A stretch of 64,000 bases of DNA from Candidatus Woesearchaeota archaeon (GTDB lineage: Archaea > Nanobdellota > Nanobdellia > Woesearchaeales > GW2011-AR9), in contig JABHQW010000008.1 in NCBI GenBank assembly GCA_018696595.1, forward strand, positions 32,001-96,000, in the 5' to 3' direction. How positions within the stretch are numbered: position 1 is the first letter of the stretch; each line of letters starts with the position of its first letter. The position numbers were made by a program, and so were the translations under genes. Shown in pieces: positions 9,642-19,687 of this stretch. The notes under the pieces are model-generated. The model was not told where the DNA came from and did no database searches. It saw only the letters and a program-made list of their open reading frames with translations.

Positions 9642-11153
9642 ATGAATAAAAACTCTGTGGGGTGGGTTAAAATTAAACTAAAAATACTTATTGGATTACT
9701 AGCAATTATACTTTTTATTAGTTCTTTTTCTGCTTTTGCAGATGCGCCTTTCGCAACAACAGGCATAGAAATCACTGAAAATGAAATTACAATAGACGTT
9801 GATTATGAAAAATTCAATGACGACAATCAAGATACTATTTCAGTTTTAACAAATCAGATTACAGTTAAAAACAATAACCCAACAGAAGTAAAAATCCTCT
9901 TAGATGTTTCTAATTTACCTTCTGACTATTCTTCTGAAAGCCAAGAACTAACAATTGCAGGAAATGCAAGCGTTAATGCTAACTTAAATCTTAATGTACC
10001 CCATGAAGAAGAACCAGGAAACTCAACTATTGGAGATGTAGTTGTTTTGGGCGAAGGCAACGTTGAATTAGACAAAGCAACCTTAACTCAAGAAACTAAA
10101 TCAATGTTAGAAATGACTCATATAAAAGTGAAATACTACATTGAAGCAGAAAATGAAGAGTCAGATTCATTTGATTCCGATACGGAAGACTCTTTTGAAT
10201 TGGATGAAAAAGTTCAAGTTTATAGTGAAATCACATTAGAAATTAAAATTAAAAACTTGTTAGATGATAAATACGATGTTGATATCGATAATGTTAAACT
10301 AACTATTGAAGCAGATGATAATGACTTATTTGAAAGCGGCTTTGATGAAGAATACGAATTAGATAACTTAAAAGGAGAAGAAAAAATAGAAGAAACAATC
10401 ACATTTATGATCGATGAAGAAGCTGATGTAAAAGAATATACTTTAGAACTTACCTTGGAAGGAGAAGATGAAGAAGGGATAGAATACAAACTTAAGAAAG
10501 AAATCACGTTTGAATTAGAAAGTAAAAAAGATGACATTCGGATTTTAAATGTTGAAACAGTTCCTGAAGAAATTACTCTTTGTGAAAGTCAAGTGACTTA
10601 TTCCGTTTCTTTAAAGAATCTGGGACATAAAGACCAAAAATATGTTGCCTTATCCATTTTCAATGAAGAACTTAAGATTAATGAGAATATCCAAACAATA
10701 AATCTTGAAGAACATGGCGATGAAGATTCTTGGGACAAAGAATTCACCCTTAACTTAAAAAATGTAAAAGCTAAAGATTACGATTTAGACATTACTACCT
10801 ATGTAGACAACGATGAACCTGTTGATTATGAACGGTTCAAGTTAGTTATAGGTAAGTGTATTAAAGAAACAGTTGAAAAAGTTGAAGTTAAAGAAGTGTC
10901 TAAAGAAGAAGAGATTGTAGAATCAGTTACAGAAGTAATTGTTAGTAACTTAGACACAGAACAAAACAACAAAGAAACAGTAACAACAACTACCTCAACA
11001 AACCAAGAGGGAGATCTTATTTCTTCATCTGCGGTTGTTGAAACAGTAGAAGACTCTTATAGCAAAGAAGACTTTATTGTAGGAGTTATGTTAGTTGCCA
11101 TTGTGATGATCTTAATTTTGATCATTGTATTCTTTGTAGTATTACTAAAATAA
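9642..11153 (+). CDS. Acidic secreted surface/S-layer-like protein with Ig-like modules and C-terminal TM anchor
   Basis: N-terminal signal-like hydrophobic stretch, D/E-rich beta-type repeats, S/T-rich linker, C-terminal hydrophobic helix + K. Confidence 0.8.
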   Translation: MNKNSVGWVKIKLKILIGLLAIILFISSFSAFADAPFATTGIEITENEITIDVDYEKFNDDNQDTISVLTNQITVKNNNPTEVKILLDVSNLPSDYSSESQELTIAGNASVNANLNLNVPHEEEPGNSTIGDVVVLGEGNVELDKATLTQETKSMLEMTHIKVKYYIEAENEESDSFDSDTEDSFELDEKVQVYSEITLEIKIKNLLDDKYDVDIDNVKLTIEADDNDLFESGFDEEYELDNLKGEEKIEETITFMIDEEADVKEYTLELTLEGEDEEGIEYKLKKEITFELESKKDDIRILNVETVPEEITLCESQVTYSVSLKNLGHKDQKYVALSIFNEELKINENIQTINLEEHGDEDSWDKEFTLNLKNVKAKDYDLDITTYVDNDEPVDYERFKLVIGKCIKETVEKVEVKEVSKEEEIVESVTEVIVSNLDTEQNNKETVTTTTSTNQEGDLISSSAVVETVEDSYSKEDFIVGVMLVAIVMILILIIVFFVVLLK

Positions 11154-11199
11154 GAGACGTGATAGTTGTTAAAAATTAAAGTTAATTGAGGTTAAAAAA

Positions 11200-14100
11200 A
11201 TGAAATATGGAAAAACATTACTGATTTTGTTCATCTTACTTGCAGCCCTATTTGTTACTGCAAAAGCAGCTTTAGGTGCAGTAGTAGTTGATGAAATTGA
11301 AGATCAAACTGCAGTAGAAGGAGTAGAGTTTGAACTACCCGTCACCGCACACAACGAAAATAACATTAATGTAGAGATATTTTCGATCTCTCAAGCAGAT
11401 TCTATATTAGAATGGCTAGGTTTAAAAAACGATGCGGAAGGTAATCTTCGTATCCTTTATGAAACACCAGAAAGCAATAATATTGGAACTAAAGAAATTT
11501 CGGTTGTAGTTAATGATGGAGTAGATTTATCTGAAGCTGAAACATTCAACTTAACAGTTAAACCCGCATTAGAAATTACCCAAATCACAATTGGCGGAAA
11601 AGTTTGGGATGGAGAATCAGAAGTAAATGTAACTCCCGGACAGAATGTAGAAGTTAAAGTCGAGTTTGTGAATAATTTTAACCAAGACATGGGACATGTT
11701 GACTTAGAAGCCAATACAAATCCAAATATTAATGAAGAATATTCAGTTGAACCTGGTGTTTGTGAAGGAGTAGATTGTAATGATGGAGATTGGTATTTAG
11801 GAAAGGAAAATGGTAAAGGAGAAGATGAATTTATTTTTCAAGTACCCTACATTATTGGTGAAGAATTTGATCTAAGCATCGAAACAACATATGATGATTT
11901 CTTATTATTTAATTGGTTCCCCTGGTTAGAGGGATTCTTTGATAATTATAAATACGAAAAAATCATCACATTCAACGTAGAAAAAGATTTAGCAGACATT
12001 TACTTAGATGAAGATGAAGAATTCACATTCTTGTATGATGAAGAATTAACTTGTGTAAAATCAACAGATTTAACATTACATCTATTCAACACTGGAGAAG
12101 AAATAATTACTCCCGAATTATTAATTTATAATAAAGAAGGAAATAATTTTAATTCTGTAACTGGTAAATTTTCTAGTTTCACTGGAGGAGAACCAGCAAT
12201 TAACATTGCAGAAGATTTAATCCCAATTGCTCCAGGAGATGACCCTTCGCTTGATTACGAGGATGTTGAAGGATTAAGATTAAACCTAACAGCACTTGAA
12301 GAAGGAGACCACACTTTGTATGTTTACATTGTAAACCCATACTTTGATGGTGAAACAAAACACATTGCTGGATTTACAACCTTTGATGTAACAGTAGGAC
12401 CTTGTTTAAATGTTGAAGCAATTGAAGAAGTTTTAACAATGAGTAAAGGTGGAGATGCACCAGAGAGTATTAATTTCTTTGAAGTTAATGCAGATAACGA
12501 ATATATTTACATCTTTGAAGATTACAAGATTGATGAAGTAGAACAAGTGTACGAAGATATCTTAACTTTCAATTTTGTTGAAGACAATGAAGAAGAAGGA
12601 ATCTTTGGCCAAAGTAACTTAGATTTGATTTCTTGTAGTGTTATAGACAACGTTTTAAGTTGTTTAAAACCAGTAGATAACGAAGCAGGAAGTTCAGAAC
12701 TATTAATTGAAGTTACTGCAGACACTTACCCTTCAGTTGTTGAAGAAACAGTTGAAGTAACTGTTGGAAACACTTTAGAAGTAACTGAAGTAAAGATTAA
12801 TGGAGTTTCTGTTGAAGAAGATGGAGAAAGTGTTTCTTTAGAACCATTACAAGAAACAAAGTTTCAGGTTACTTTTAAGAACCATTTAGACCATTACGTA
12901 ACAAATGTTGGTATGATGGTTTTTGTTGAAGGAGAAATGTTGTTAATAACAGGAAATGGTGAAAGTGTTAATATTGCACCAGGAAGTACAAAAACAATAA
13001 CTTTAACAGACAACTTACCAAAAGACATTGTTAGTAACATTTATCCAACAGACATTTTACTTGCGGGTGAAGATGAATTAAATAATGAAGAAATACAAAG
13101 TGATTTATTTAGTTTTAATTTAGTAGTAGAACTAGACCCTAATAACTTAATAATCTCAAAAGCAGAAATTGAAGAAGATGACTTAGAGATTATCTGTAAA
13201 ACTGAAGTGAATCTTTTCTTAGAACTTACCAATACTGGAAGTAATACAGAAAAAGATGTAATCATTAGCTTGTTAGGAAACGACTTAGATTGGTCAAGTT
13301 ATATGACTAATGAAGAAGGAGAAATCGAAGGAGAATTGATTACAATAAAAAGTGCTAAAGTTTGGGGAGATAATGAGAATGGAGAAGAAGGACATTTCAT
13401 AATCCCAACAGATGGATTCCATGTAGGAGAAAATACAATTACTATTGAAGTAAAATATACTGGATCAACAAGTAAAGACGGAGCATTACATAAAGAAACT
13501 GAACAAGTTACCATTAACAAAGCTTCATGTATTGCAGAAGAAATTCCAGAACATGACTTTTGGGTTCTAGCTAATGATATGACAATTAGTGACCCAGTAG
13601 AAATTCCAAATGGTTTAGAGATTGTCTTAGCAGAAGAAGGTTATGATAGTGAAGTTGTTTGGTATGTAAATGATGAGGAAGAAACAGAAGGACCAACAGA
13701 CAACACATACGATTTCTCATCCGATGTTGATGGAGAATATGAAATCTATGCAATGATTGGCGGAGAAAAAAGTATGGTCTGGACAATCTTTGTAACTGGT
13801 GTACCAATCTCAGATTCTGGATTATTCCCAGAAGATTACTTTGAAGATAAAGACGCTGGAAACGTAGAAGACTTTACTGTTGAAAATGGTTTTGGTAAAA
13901 TTGTTTTTAATGAAGCAGTAAATCTAAACAGTATCTTAAACATCGATGAAGTGATTAGTATTACTAATGGACAAGTTTCTGTTGATGCTGATTTTGCAAT
14001 AGAATTAGATGTTCCAGCAACAATTACTTTGAAAAAAGAATTCAGCCAACATGTAATTTTGTTAGCAGAAGAATATATTGACAACGAAAATATTAACTTT

Positions 14101-15456
14101 GCTCTTTGTCCAGAAGATGTTTGTCAGGGAATAAGCAATGACAATGGAGAATTTGTTTTCACAGTTCCTGGATTTTCAACTTACAAAGTAGTAGAAAATA
14201 AAGAAGCAAACTTCGAAGTGGCTGATGTTATTATTGCAGATGTTGATAGAGGAGATAATACTAGTGTTGAAGTAACTATTAACAATGTAGGGGTTCTAGA
14301 CTCCATTACTGGGGTTACCGTTGAATTAGAAGACTTTAGCAGTGATTACAGCGCAGTATTATCTGACAACATTCCAAGTACAGTTAAAGCTGGAGAGAAC
14401 TTCAAAGTAACTTTAGACTTAGCTGTCCCAGATGATGAAAACTCTGGCCAACATAAAGTTGGTAAGATTAAAGTTTCTGGTCAGAAGAACGGCGAAGCAG
14501 TTTCCACCACAGCAAATGTTTACTTAAACCCAATCAGTCACTTAAGTATTGAAAGTGTTAAGTTAAATGGTAAAACTAGTGGAGATTTATCTGTTGATGA
14601 AGATAATGAATTCAAAGTAAAAGTGCAAAACGATTACACTGAAGATTTAGAAGATGTTGTTGTTACTGTAACAGTTTTAGATGTTGACAATGATGACATT
14701 GAAGAAGAATCTGATGAATTTGATCTAAACAATGGAGATGATGACACAGTAGAAATTACTTTTGACTTATCTGGAGAGGAACTAGAAGACGATACTTATG
14801 ATGTTGAAATCAAAGTTGAAGGAGAAGCAGATGACGGAAGTGAACATGAGACTATTGAAATCATTACTGTAGACGTTGAAAGAGAAGATCATAAAGTTGT
14901 GATTAAAGAAGTTGACTTAAGTGCTAGCTTTGTAGAATGTAGCAGACATTCAACATTAGAAGTTACCGCAGAGAATGTTGGTAATAAGAATGAAGATGTT
15001 GAAGTAACTGTTAAGAACACTGCTCTTGGCTTAGAAGAAACTAAAGAAATGGATTTAGACAAGTACTCTGGAAGTGATCCAAAGGACAATGTTAAGTTCT
15101 TCTTAGATTCTTTCTTAGCTGACGCTGATGCAGGATCTTACCCATTAACCATTGAAGTTAGGTTCGATGATGGTGATGAGAAAGAAACTGAAAGTGTTAC
15201 TATTGAAGTTAAAGACTGTGGCACAACTAGTAGTGCTTCTCAAGGACAGAACCAGTTAGCTGATGATTTGTTAGCACTGCAATTACAACAGCAGTTACAA
15301 GACCAGTTAAACGCACAAAAAACAACTGTGGGAAAAAGTTCAGTTCAGTCTTCATTCAGAGAAAGTAATACCTACACATTATTGTTAGGAGTACTAATTG
15401 TCTTAGTATTGTTCGCAATGATCTTGGCTATTGCAGTAATGATGAAGAAGAAGTAA
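11200..15456 (+). CDS. Large acidic multi-Ig-domain surface (S-layer-like) protein, 1418 aa
   Basis: Signal peptide MKYGK..AALG, repeated Ig/CARDB-like modules, C-terminal TM + KKK. Confidence 0.85.
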   Translation: MKYGKTLLILFILLAALFVTAKAALGAVVVDEIEDQTAVEGVEFELPVTAHNENNINVEIFSISQADSILEWLGLKNDAEGNLRILYETPESNNIGTKEISVVVNDGVDLSEAETFNLTVKPALEITQITIGGKVWDGESEVNVTPGQNVEVKVEFVNNFNQDMGHVDLEANTNPNINEEYSVEPGVCEGVDCNDGDWYLGKENGKGEDEFIFQVPYIIGEEFDLSIETTYDDFLLFNWFPWLEGFFDNYKYEKIITFNVEKDLADIYLDEDEEFTFLYDEELTCVKSTDLTLHLFNTGEEIITPELLIYNKEGNNFNSVTGKFSSFTGGEPAINIAEDLIPIAPGDDPSLDYEDVEGLRLNLTALEEGDHTLYVYIVNPYFDGETKHIAGFTTFDVTVGPCLNVEAIEEVLTMSKGGDAPESINFFEVNADNEYIYIFEDYKIDEVEQVYEDILTFNFVEDNEEEGIFGQSNLDLISCSVIDNVLSCLKPVDNEAGSSELLIEVTADTYPSVVEETVEVTVGNTLEVTEVKINGVSVEEDGESVSLEPLQETKFQVTFKNHLDHYVTNVGMMVFVEGEMLLITGNGESVNIAPGSTKTITLTDNLPKDIVSNIYPTDILLAGEDELNNEEIQSDLFSFNLVVELDPNNLIISKAEIEEDDLEIICKTEVNLFLELTNTGSNTEKDVIISLLGNDLDWSSYMTNEEGEIEGELITIKSAKVWGDNENGEEGHFIIPTDGFHVGENTITIEVKYTGSTSKDGALHKETEQVTINKASCIAEEIPEHDFWVLANDMTISDPVEIPNGLEIVLAEEGYDSEVVWYVNDEEETEGPTDNTYDFSSDVDGEYEIYAMIGGEKSMVWTIFVTGVPISDSGLFPEDYFEDKDAGNVEDFTVENGFGKIVFNEAVNLNSILNIDEVISITNGQVSVDADFAIELDVPATITLKKEFSQHVILLAEEYIDNENINFALCPEDVCQGISNDNGEFVFTVPGFSTYKVVENKEANFEVADVIIADVDRGDNTSVEVTINNVGVLDSITGVTVELEDFSSDYSAVLSDNIPSTVKAGENFKVTLDLAVPDDENSGQHKVGKIKVSGQKNGEAVSTTANVYLNPISHLSIESVKLNGKTSGDLSVDEDNEFKVKVQNDYTEDLEDVVVTVTVLDVDNDDIEEESDEFDLNNGDDDTVEITFDLSGEELEDDTYDVEIKVEGEADDGSEHETIEIITVDVEREDHKVVIKEVDLSASFVECSRHSTLEVTAENVGNKNEDVEVTVKNTALGLEETKEMDLDKYSGSDPKDNVKFFLDSFLADADAGSYPLTIEVRFDDGDEKETESVTIEVKDCGTTSSASQGQNQLADDLLALQLQQQLQDQLNAQKTTVGKSSVQSSFRESNTYTLLLGVLIVLVLFAMILAIAVMMKKK

Positions 15457-15505
15457 CTTCTTTCTTTTTATTTTTTATTTTTTATAATTTTCTATTTATT
15501 TTTCT
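15457..15505 (+). terminator. Oligo-T terminator tract
   Basis: CTTCTTTCTTTTTATTTTTTATTTTTT.. immediately after the stop codon. Confidence 0.6.
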
Positions 15506-15561
15506 AAACATCACTAAAAAACCATAACAAATATAAACAATCTAATTATTTTCCAACCTAA

Positions 15562-16101
15562 ATGATTCTTGGAACAGATAAAGTAAAGAAACTAATTGAT
15601 GAAGAAAAGCTAATTGAAGATCTTTGTGAACGTGAATTAAACAACCCGGAAAGTATTGTTATCGATTTAAGACTAAACAAACTATTCAAACTTAAAGGGA
15701 AAGGTTTTCTAGGCATAGATGAACGACAGACACCCGAAGCAGAAGAAATTATTAGTTATCATCCAGAAGAGAAAAGATCTTATATCATAAAACCAGGAGA
15801 ATATCTTATCGCAGAAACTATTGAAAAGATTAATGTTCCAAAAGATGTTTTCGTTCTATTTAAACCAAGAACAACATTACACAGAATGGGCATTATCATG
15901 CGAGGAACAATTGCAGATCCCGGCTTTGGCGGAATATTGCATCCAGCAATTTATAATGCTGGCCCTTGTGAAGTAGAAATAGAATTAGGAGCAAGATTCT
16001 TCCAATGCTTCTTTGTTAAAATTGATGGTGAATCTGTTTCTTACAGAGGCCAATGGCAAGGTGGCAGAGTTTTCACAGAAGAAAAGGAGAAACAGGTTTA
16101 A
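15562..16101 (+). CDS. dcd: dCTP deaminase / trimeric dUTPase family
   Basis: PESIVIDLRL, IKPGEYLIAETIE, KPRTTLHRMG, ADPGFGG, GQWQG. Confidence 0.85.
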   Translation: MILGTDKVKKLIDEEKLIEDLCERELNNPESIVIDLRLNKLFKLKGKGFLGIDERQTPEAEEIISYHPEEKRSYIIKPGEYLIAETIEKINVPKDVFVLFKPRTTLHRMGIIMRGTIADPGFGGILHPAIYNAGPCEVEIELGARFFQCFFVKIDGESVSYRGQWQGGRVFTEEKEKQV

Positions 16102-16102
16102 A

Positions 16103-16837
16103 ATGAGAAACATAAAGAAAATTCTAATTGAACAAAAAACGGGGAAAAAACATTTTGTTAAAGATCTAGATGACAATTATCATACTTCCTCTGGAGTTAT
16201 CTTAAAAAAAGATTTAAAATCAAAGAAGAATATTATCAAGTCCGACAAAGGAAAAACTTTCTTTATGATTGAACCAACATTCCCAGATTTATGGGAATCA
16301 CTTAGCAGAGGCCCACAACTAATGTTACCAAAAGATATTGGGATGGTTATGGCTAAAACTGGAATTAACCATAATTCAAAAATCGTCGATGCCGGTGGTG
16401 GAACAGGAAGTTTATGTTTATCTCTAGCAAATATGTGTAAAGAAATTACTGTTTACGAAATTAATCCCGAACATTATGATGTTGTTGCTAAAAACATTAA
16501 ATTGTTTGGTTTTAAAAACATCAAATTAAAACACGATAGTATTTACAAAGGGATTAAAGAGAAAGATTTAGATTTAATCACTTTAGATCTTCCGGAACCA
16601 TGGCAAGTTATTGAACATGCAGAAAAATCCTTAAAACAAGGAGCACATTTAGTTGTTTATCTTCCAAATCTTAATCAAGTAAAAATGTTTATCGATTCTT
16701 GTAGAAGAAGCAATATCAAAGTCACAGAAACATTAGAACTTATTGAGCGTAAATGGAAAATCGAAGACAGGATCATGCGTCCAGAGTTCCAAATGTTAGG
16801 ACATACTGGGTTCTTAATATTTTGTAGGAAATTCTAG
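16103..16837 (+). CDS. trmI: tRNA (adenine-N1)-methyltransferase TrmI/Gcd14 family
   Basis: RGPQLMLPKDIG, VDAGGGTGS, LDLPEPW, RPEFQMLGHTGFL; start moved to ATG 16103, 1 nt after the dcd stop. Confidence 0.9.
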   Translation: MRNIKKILIEQKTGKKHFVKDLDDNYHTSSGVILKKDLKSKKNIIKSDKGKTFFMIEPTFPDLWESLSRGPQLMLPKDIGMVMAKTGINHNSKIVDAGGGTGSLCLSLANMCKEITVYEINPEHYDVVAKNIKLFGFKNIKLKHDSIYKGIKEKDLDLITLDLPEPWQVIEHAEKSLKQGAHLVVYLPNLNQVKMFIDSCRRSNIKVTETLELIERKWKIEDRIMRPEFQMLGHTGFLIFCRKF

Positions 16838-18336
16838 AGAATTAAATATCCATGATTCTTTTTAGCAAACTCTTTAGCCAGACCCAACTTAAATTTATTC
16901 TCTGCAAAGATAGTATAAAGAACCTCTCCTTTCTTAATTGGGTGATGAATTTTTTTATTAATATATAAACCTGAACCCTTATCTTGAGGCGCACCAGCAA
17001 TCCGGGCAATCTTAGAAATTATTTCGTTATCAATCTCTTTAACCCGACCAATTTTTGTTGACTTTACAATATGTTGATAATAACCAATTTTAACTTTTTT
17101 TTGTTTTCCTTGTAATTCAATAATTTCGTTCATCTTTTTAAGAGCTTTACCACTTTCAAGAATTTCATGTGCTACTTTCAAACCTTTACCTTTTCGGTAC
17201 TTGCCAGTCATTTCTAATAAAGCTCCCGCCATAATTAAGGCTTTATGTTTCAAATCCTGTGGAGCCAAAACATCATCTTTTAAAACTTGCATCACATCCA
17301 TAGCTTCTAAAAATGGACCAATCCCATTACCAATAGGTTGAGAACCATCGGTAATAACAACTTTAACATTCATTCCTAATTTTTTTCCAATCAACATAAA
17401 CATTTTCTTGAAATGTTTTGCTTGTTTCCAATTCTTTGCTTTAACCTGTTTACCCATAGGAATATCTATCAAAACATGATTAGCAGAAACAGAAAACTTC
17501 TTTGCCATAACTGAAGCCAAGAGCTGTCCTTCTGCGTCGATAGATAATGGATGTTCAACATCAATAATTTTGTCATCGGCTGGAGCCAGGTTCATGCTAC
17601 CACCATGAACAATACAGGACTTAGCTTTTTTTACAATTTGTTTGATCTTTTTTTCAGGAAGTTCAACCCTGGCAAGACATTCCATAGTATCTGCAGTTCC
17701 TGCCGGACTTGTAATTGCCCTACTAGAAGTTTTAGGAATTGTAAAACCAGCAGCTGCAACAATGGGGATAACAATCATAGTGGTTCTGTTTCCCGGAACC
17801 CCGCCAATGCAATGTTTATCTAATGTTATTCCCGAGAACTTTAATTTATACCCCGTCTTCACCATTGCTCGAGTCATATCAACAACTTCTTCATTGTTCC
17901 AGCCATTAACAAATCCCGCAGCTACAAAATAAGTTTTTTCAATATCGGTTAATCGATCATTTGTAATATCATCAATAATATGTAATAATTCTGTGTAAGA
18001 CAAACGTTTCCCATAAAGTTTACTTCTAATATGTTTTACAGATTCTGGTTTACCAGTAAATTTTAATTGTACAGCACTATCTTTTTTAACGTTTAATTTC
18101 TTAAGAACTTCTTCAAATAATCCAATTTTGCCTTCGGGAACGGCTTTTTGACTCTCAGAAATATCTAAGATGCAAACTTGTTCCCTGCCATCAGTTTTAA
18201 GTAGAATTCTATCCCCAGAATGTAAATCTAATTTGTGTGCGTCTTTAGTATTAAGAATGGCCACTAAAGTGCCGCCCGTAGCAATATCCATATCTTTAAC
18301 TTTAAACTTAAGACTGTGATTCTTCTTAGACTTCAT
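16834..18336 (-). CDS. deoA: Archaeal AMP phosphorylase (thymidine phosphorylase family)
   Basis: N-terminal extension typical of AMPpase, DKHCIGGVPGNRTT, IPKTSSRAITSPAGTADTME, GSQPIGNGIGP, ARIAGAPQDKGSG. Confidence 0.92.
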   Translation of the reverse strand: MKSKKNHSLKFKVKDMDIATGGTLVAILNTKDAHKLDLHSGDRILLKTDGREQVCILDISESQKAVPEGKIGLFEEVLKKLNVKKDSAVQLKFTGKPESVKHIRSKLYGKRLSYTELLHIIDDITNDRLTDIEKTYFVAAGFVNGWNNEEVVDMTRAMVKTGYKLKFSGITLDKHCIGGVPGNRTTMIVIPIVAAAGFTIPKTSSRAITSPAGTADTMECLARVELPEKKIKQIVKKAKSCIVHGGSMNLAPADDKIIDVEHPLSIDAEGQLLASVMAKKFSVSANHVLIDIPMGKQVKAKNWKQAKHFKKMFMLIGKKLGMNVKVVITDGSQPIGNGIGPFLEAMDVMQVLKDDVLAPQDLKHKALIMAGALLEMTGKYRKGKGLKVAHEILESGKALKKMNEIIELQGKQKKVKIGYYQHIVKSTKIGRVKEIDNEIISKIARIAGAPQDKGSGLYINKKIHHPIKKGEVLYTIFAENKFKLGLAKEFAKKNHGYLIL

Positions 18337-18458
18337 GATCTACCTCTTTTTGATATTAGAATTAAAGTTTTATGTTTTATAAGGTTTTTGGAAATCTTTA
18401 ATTTCCTAAATACTTAATAGTATTAGATTTTTGAAAAAAAGAAAAAGTAAAAAAAAAG

Positions 18459-19649
18459 TTATTTGCTCAATAAACTCTTAATTCTTTCTGTTTCTTCTAA
18501 AGTTAATTCAGGGTTATTAGGAAAATAAAACCCGAACTGGTGAATCTTTCTAGCATTAGGACAACTAAAACTTAATCCCTTTTCTGATAAATAATTCCTA
18601 AAGAAAGGTTGCTCAACAATTGAACCCCCAACAATGGGTCTTATTTCAACATTATTCTCTTCAAACTTATTCCTATAACTGTTGAAAGTTTCTAAGTCTT
18701 TACAAATTAAAGGAAAAGCAAAATTTGAAACTAGGCTCATGTGGCCTACATTTAGTTTTTCAAAATCTGAGTTTGTCCCTGCAGTAATACTAAACTCTTT
18801 AAAATTATTTTCTCTTGCCAAATTTATTTCTTCAGCATACTTAAGTTGTTCCACACCAATAAATCCGGTAATCTCGGTTGGTCGCAAATTATATGCTGGG
18901 AAAAAGAATGCATAACGAGAATAAAACCCATCAATATTATTCTCTGCCCTTAATTTAGTCTGTGTTTCTTGATCTAGATTTCTGTCCCAGCCATGCGCTC
19001 TAACCATCAAAAGCATGTCATGTAACTCTTTATCGTTAGTACAAACCATGCCCCCCTCGATTGTAGAAAGATGATGCCCCACAAACGTAGAGAAAGTTCC
19101 CGCCAACCCAAAACTACCTAGCTTAGTATTATTTAACTCGCTACCAAAAGATTCACAATTATCTTCTATTAAAACAATCCCTTTTTGTTCACAGACTGCT
19201 TTTATTTTATCTAAATCCCCACTAAAACCAAGAAGATTAGTAATGAAAAGAACTTTCATGTCAGTATTCTCTAATGTTCTTAATAATGTTTCAGAACTTA
19301 CGTTTAAAGTTTCTAAAGAAACATCAACGGGAACTGGATTTAATCCTAATTGTAATAAAGGCATGACATTAGTGGCCCAAGTTAAAGCAGAAAAACCCAC
19401 TTTATCTTCTTTTCTAAGAATGTTAAGATTAAGTAAAGATTGTATTAAAGCAAGGTTAGCAGAACTACCACTGTTAAAAAGTACAGAATATTCTTGATTT
19501 TGAAATTTGCTAAATTCATTTTCAAATTCTGCACATTTATGGCTCATGCTCAGCTGTTCTTTTTCCATAATAAATTTGCACAATTTCTCTTTAACTTCTT
19601 GTTCATGATAGAATGTTGATTTCATTAACCTAATTTTGCTATCTGTCAT
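18459..19649 (-). CDS. DegT-fold PLP enzyme with His at the Schiff-base Lys position; ColD-like sugar 3-dehydratase
   Basis: FNSGSSANL, EDNCES, FSTFVGHHLSTIEGG, VRAHGWDR, YNLRPTEI. Confidence 0.82.
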   Translation of the reverse strand: MTDSKIRLMKSTFYHEQEVKEKLCKFIMEKEQLSMSHKCAEFENEFSKFQNQEYSVLFNSGSSANLALIQSLLNLNILRKEDKVGFSALTWATNVMPLLQLGLNPVPVDVSLETLNVSSETLLRTLENTDMKVLFITNLLGFSGDLDKIKAVCEQKGIVLIEDNCESFGSELNNTKLGSFGLAGTFSTFVGHHLSTIEGGMVCTNDKELHDMLLMVRAHGWDRNLDQETQTKLRAENNIDGFYSRYAFFFPAYNLRPTEITGFIGVEQLKYAEEINLARENNFKEFSITAGTNSDFEKLNVGHMSLVSNFAFPLICKDLETFNSYRNKFEENNVEIRPIVGGSIVEQPFFRNYLSEKGLSFSCPNARKIHQFGFYFPNNPELTLEETERIKSLLSK

Positions 19650-19687
19650 TTTTAGTATCTCCTTTTAATTTGATTTCATCTAATCTC

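Noticed and set aside
16013-16102. N-terminal extension of TrmI in the ORF track (similarly radB 28533-28577, UbiA 37092-37145, ribB 60762-60815, licD 51432-51452)
   Set aside because: Non-ATG or overlapping upstream starts; downstream ATGs fit gene packing and SD signals better.
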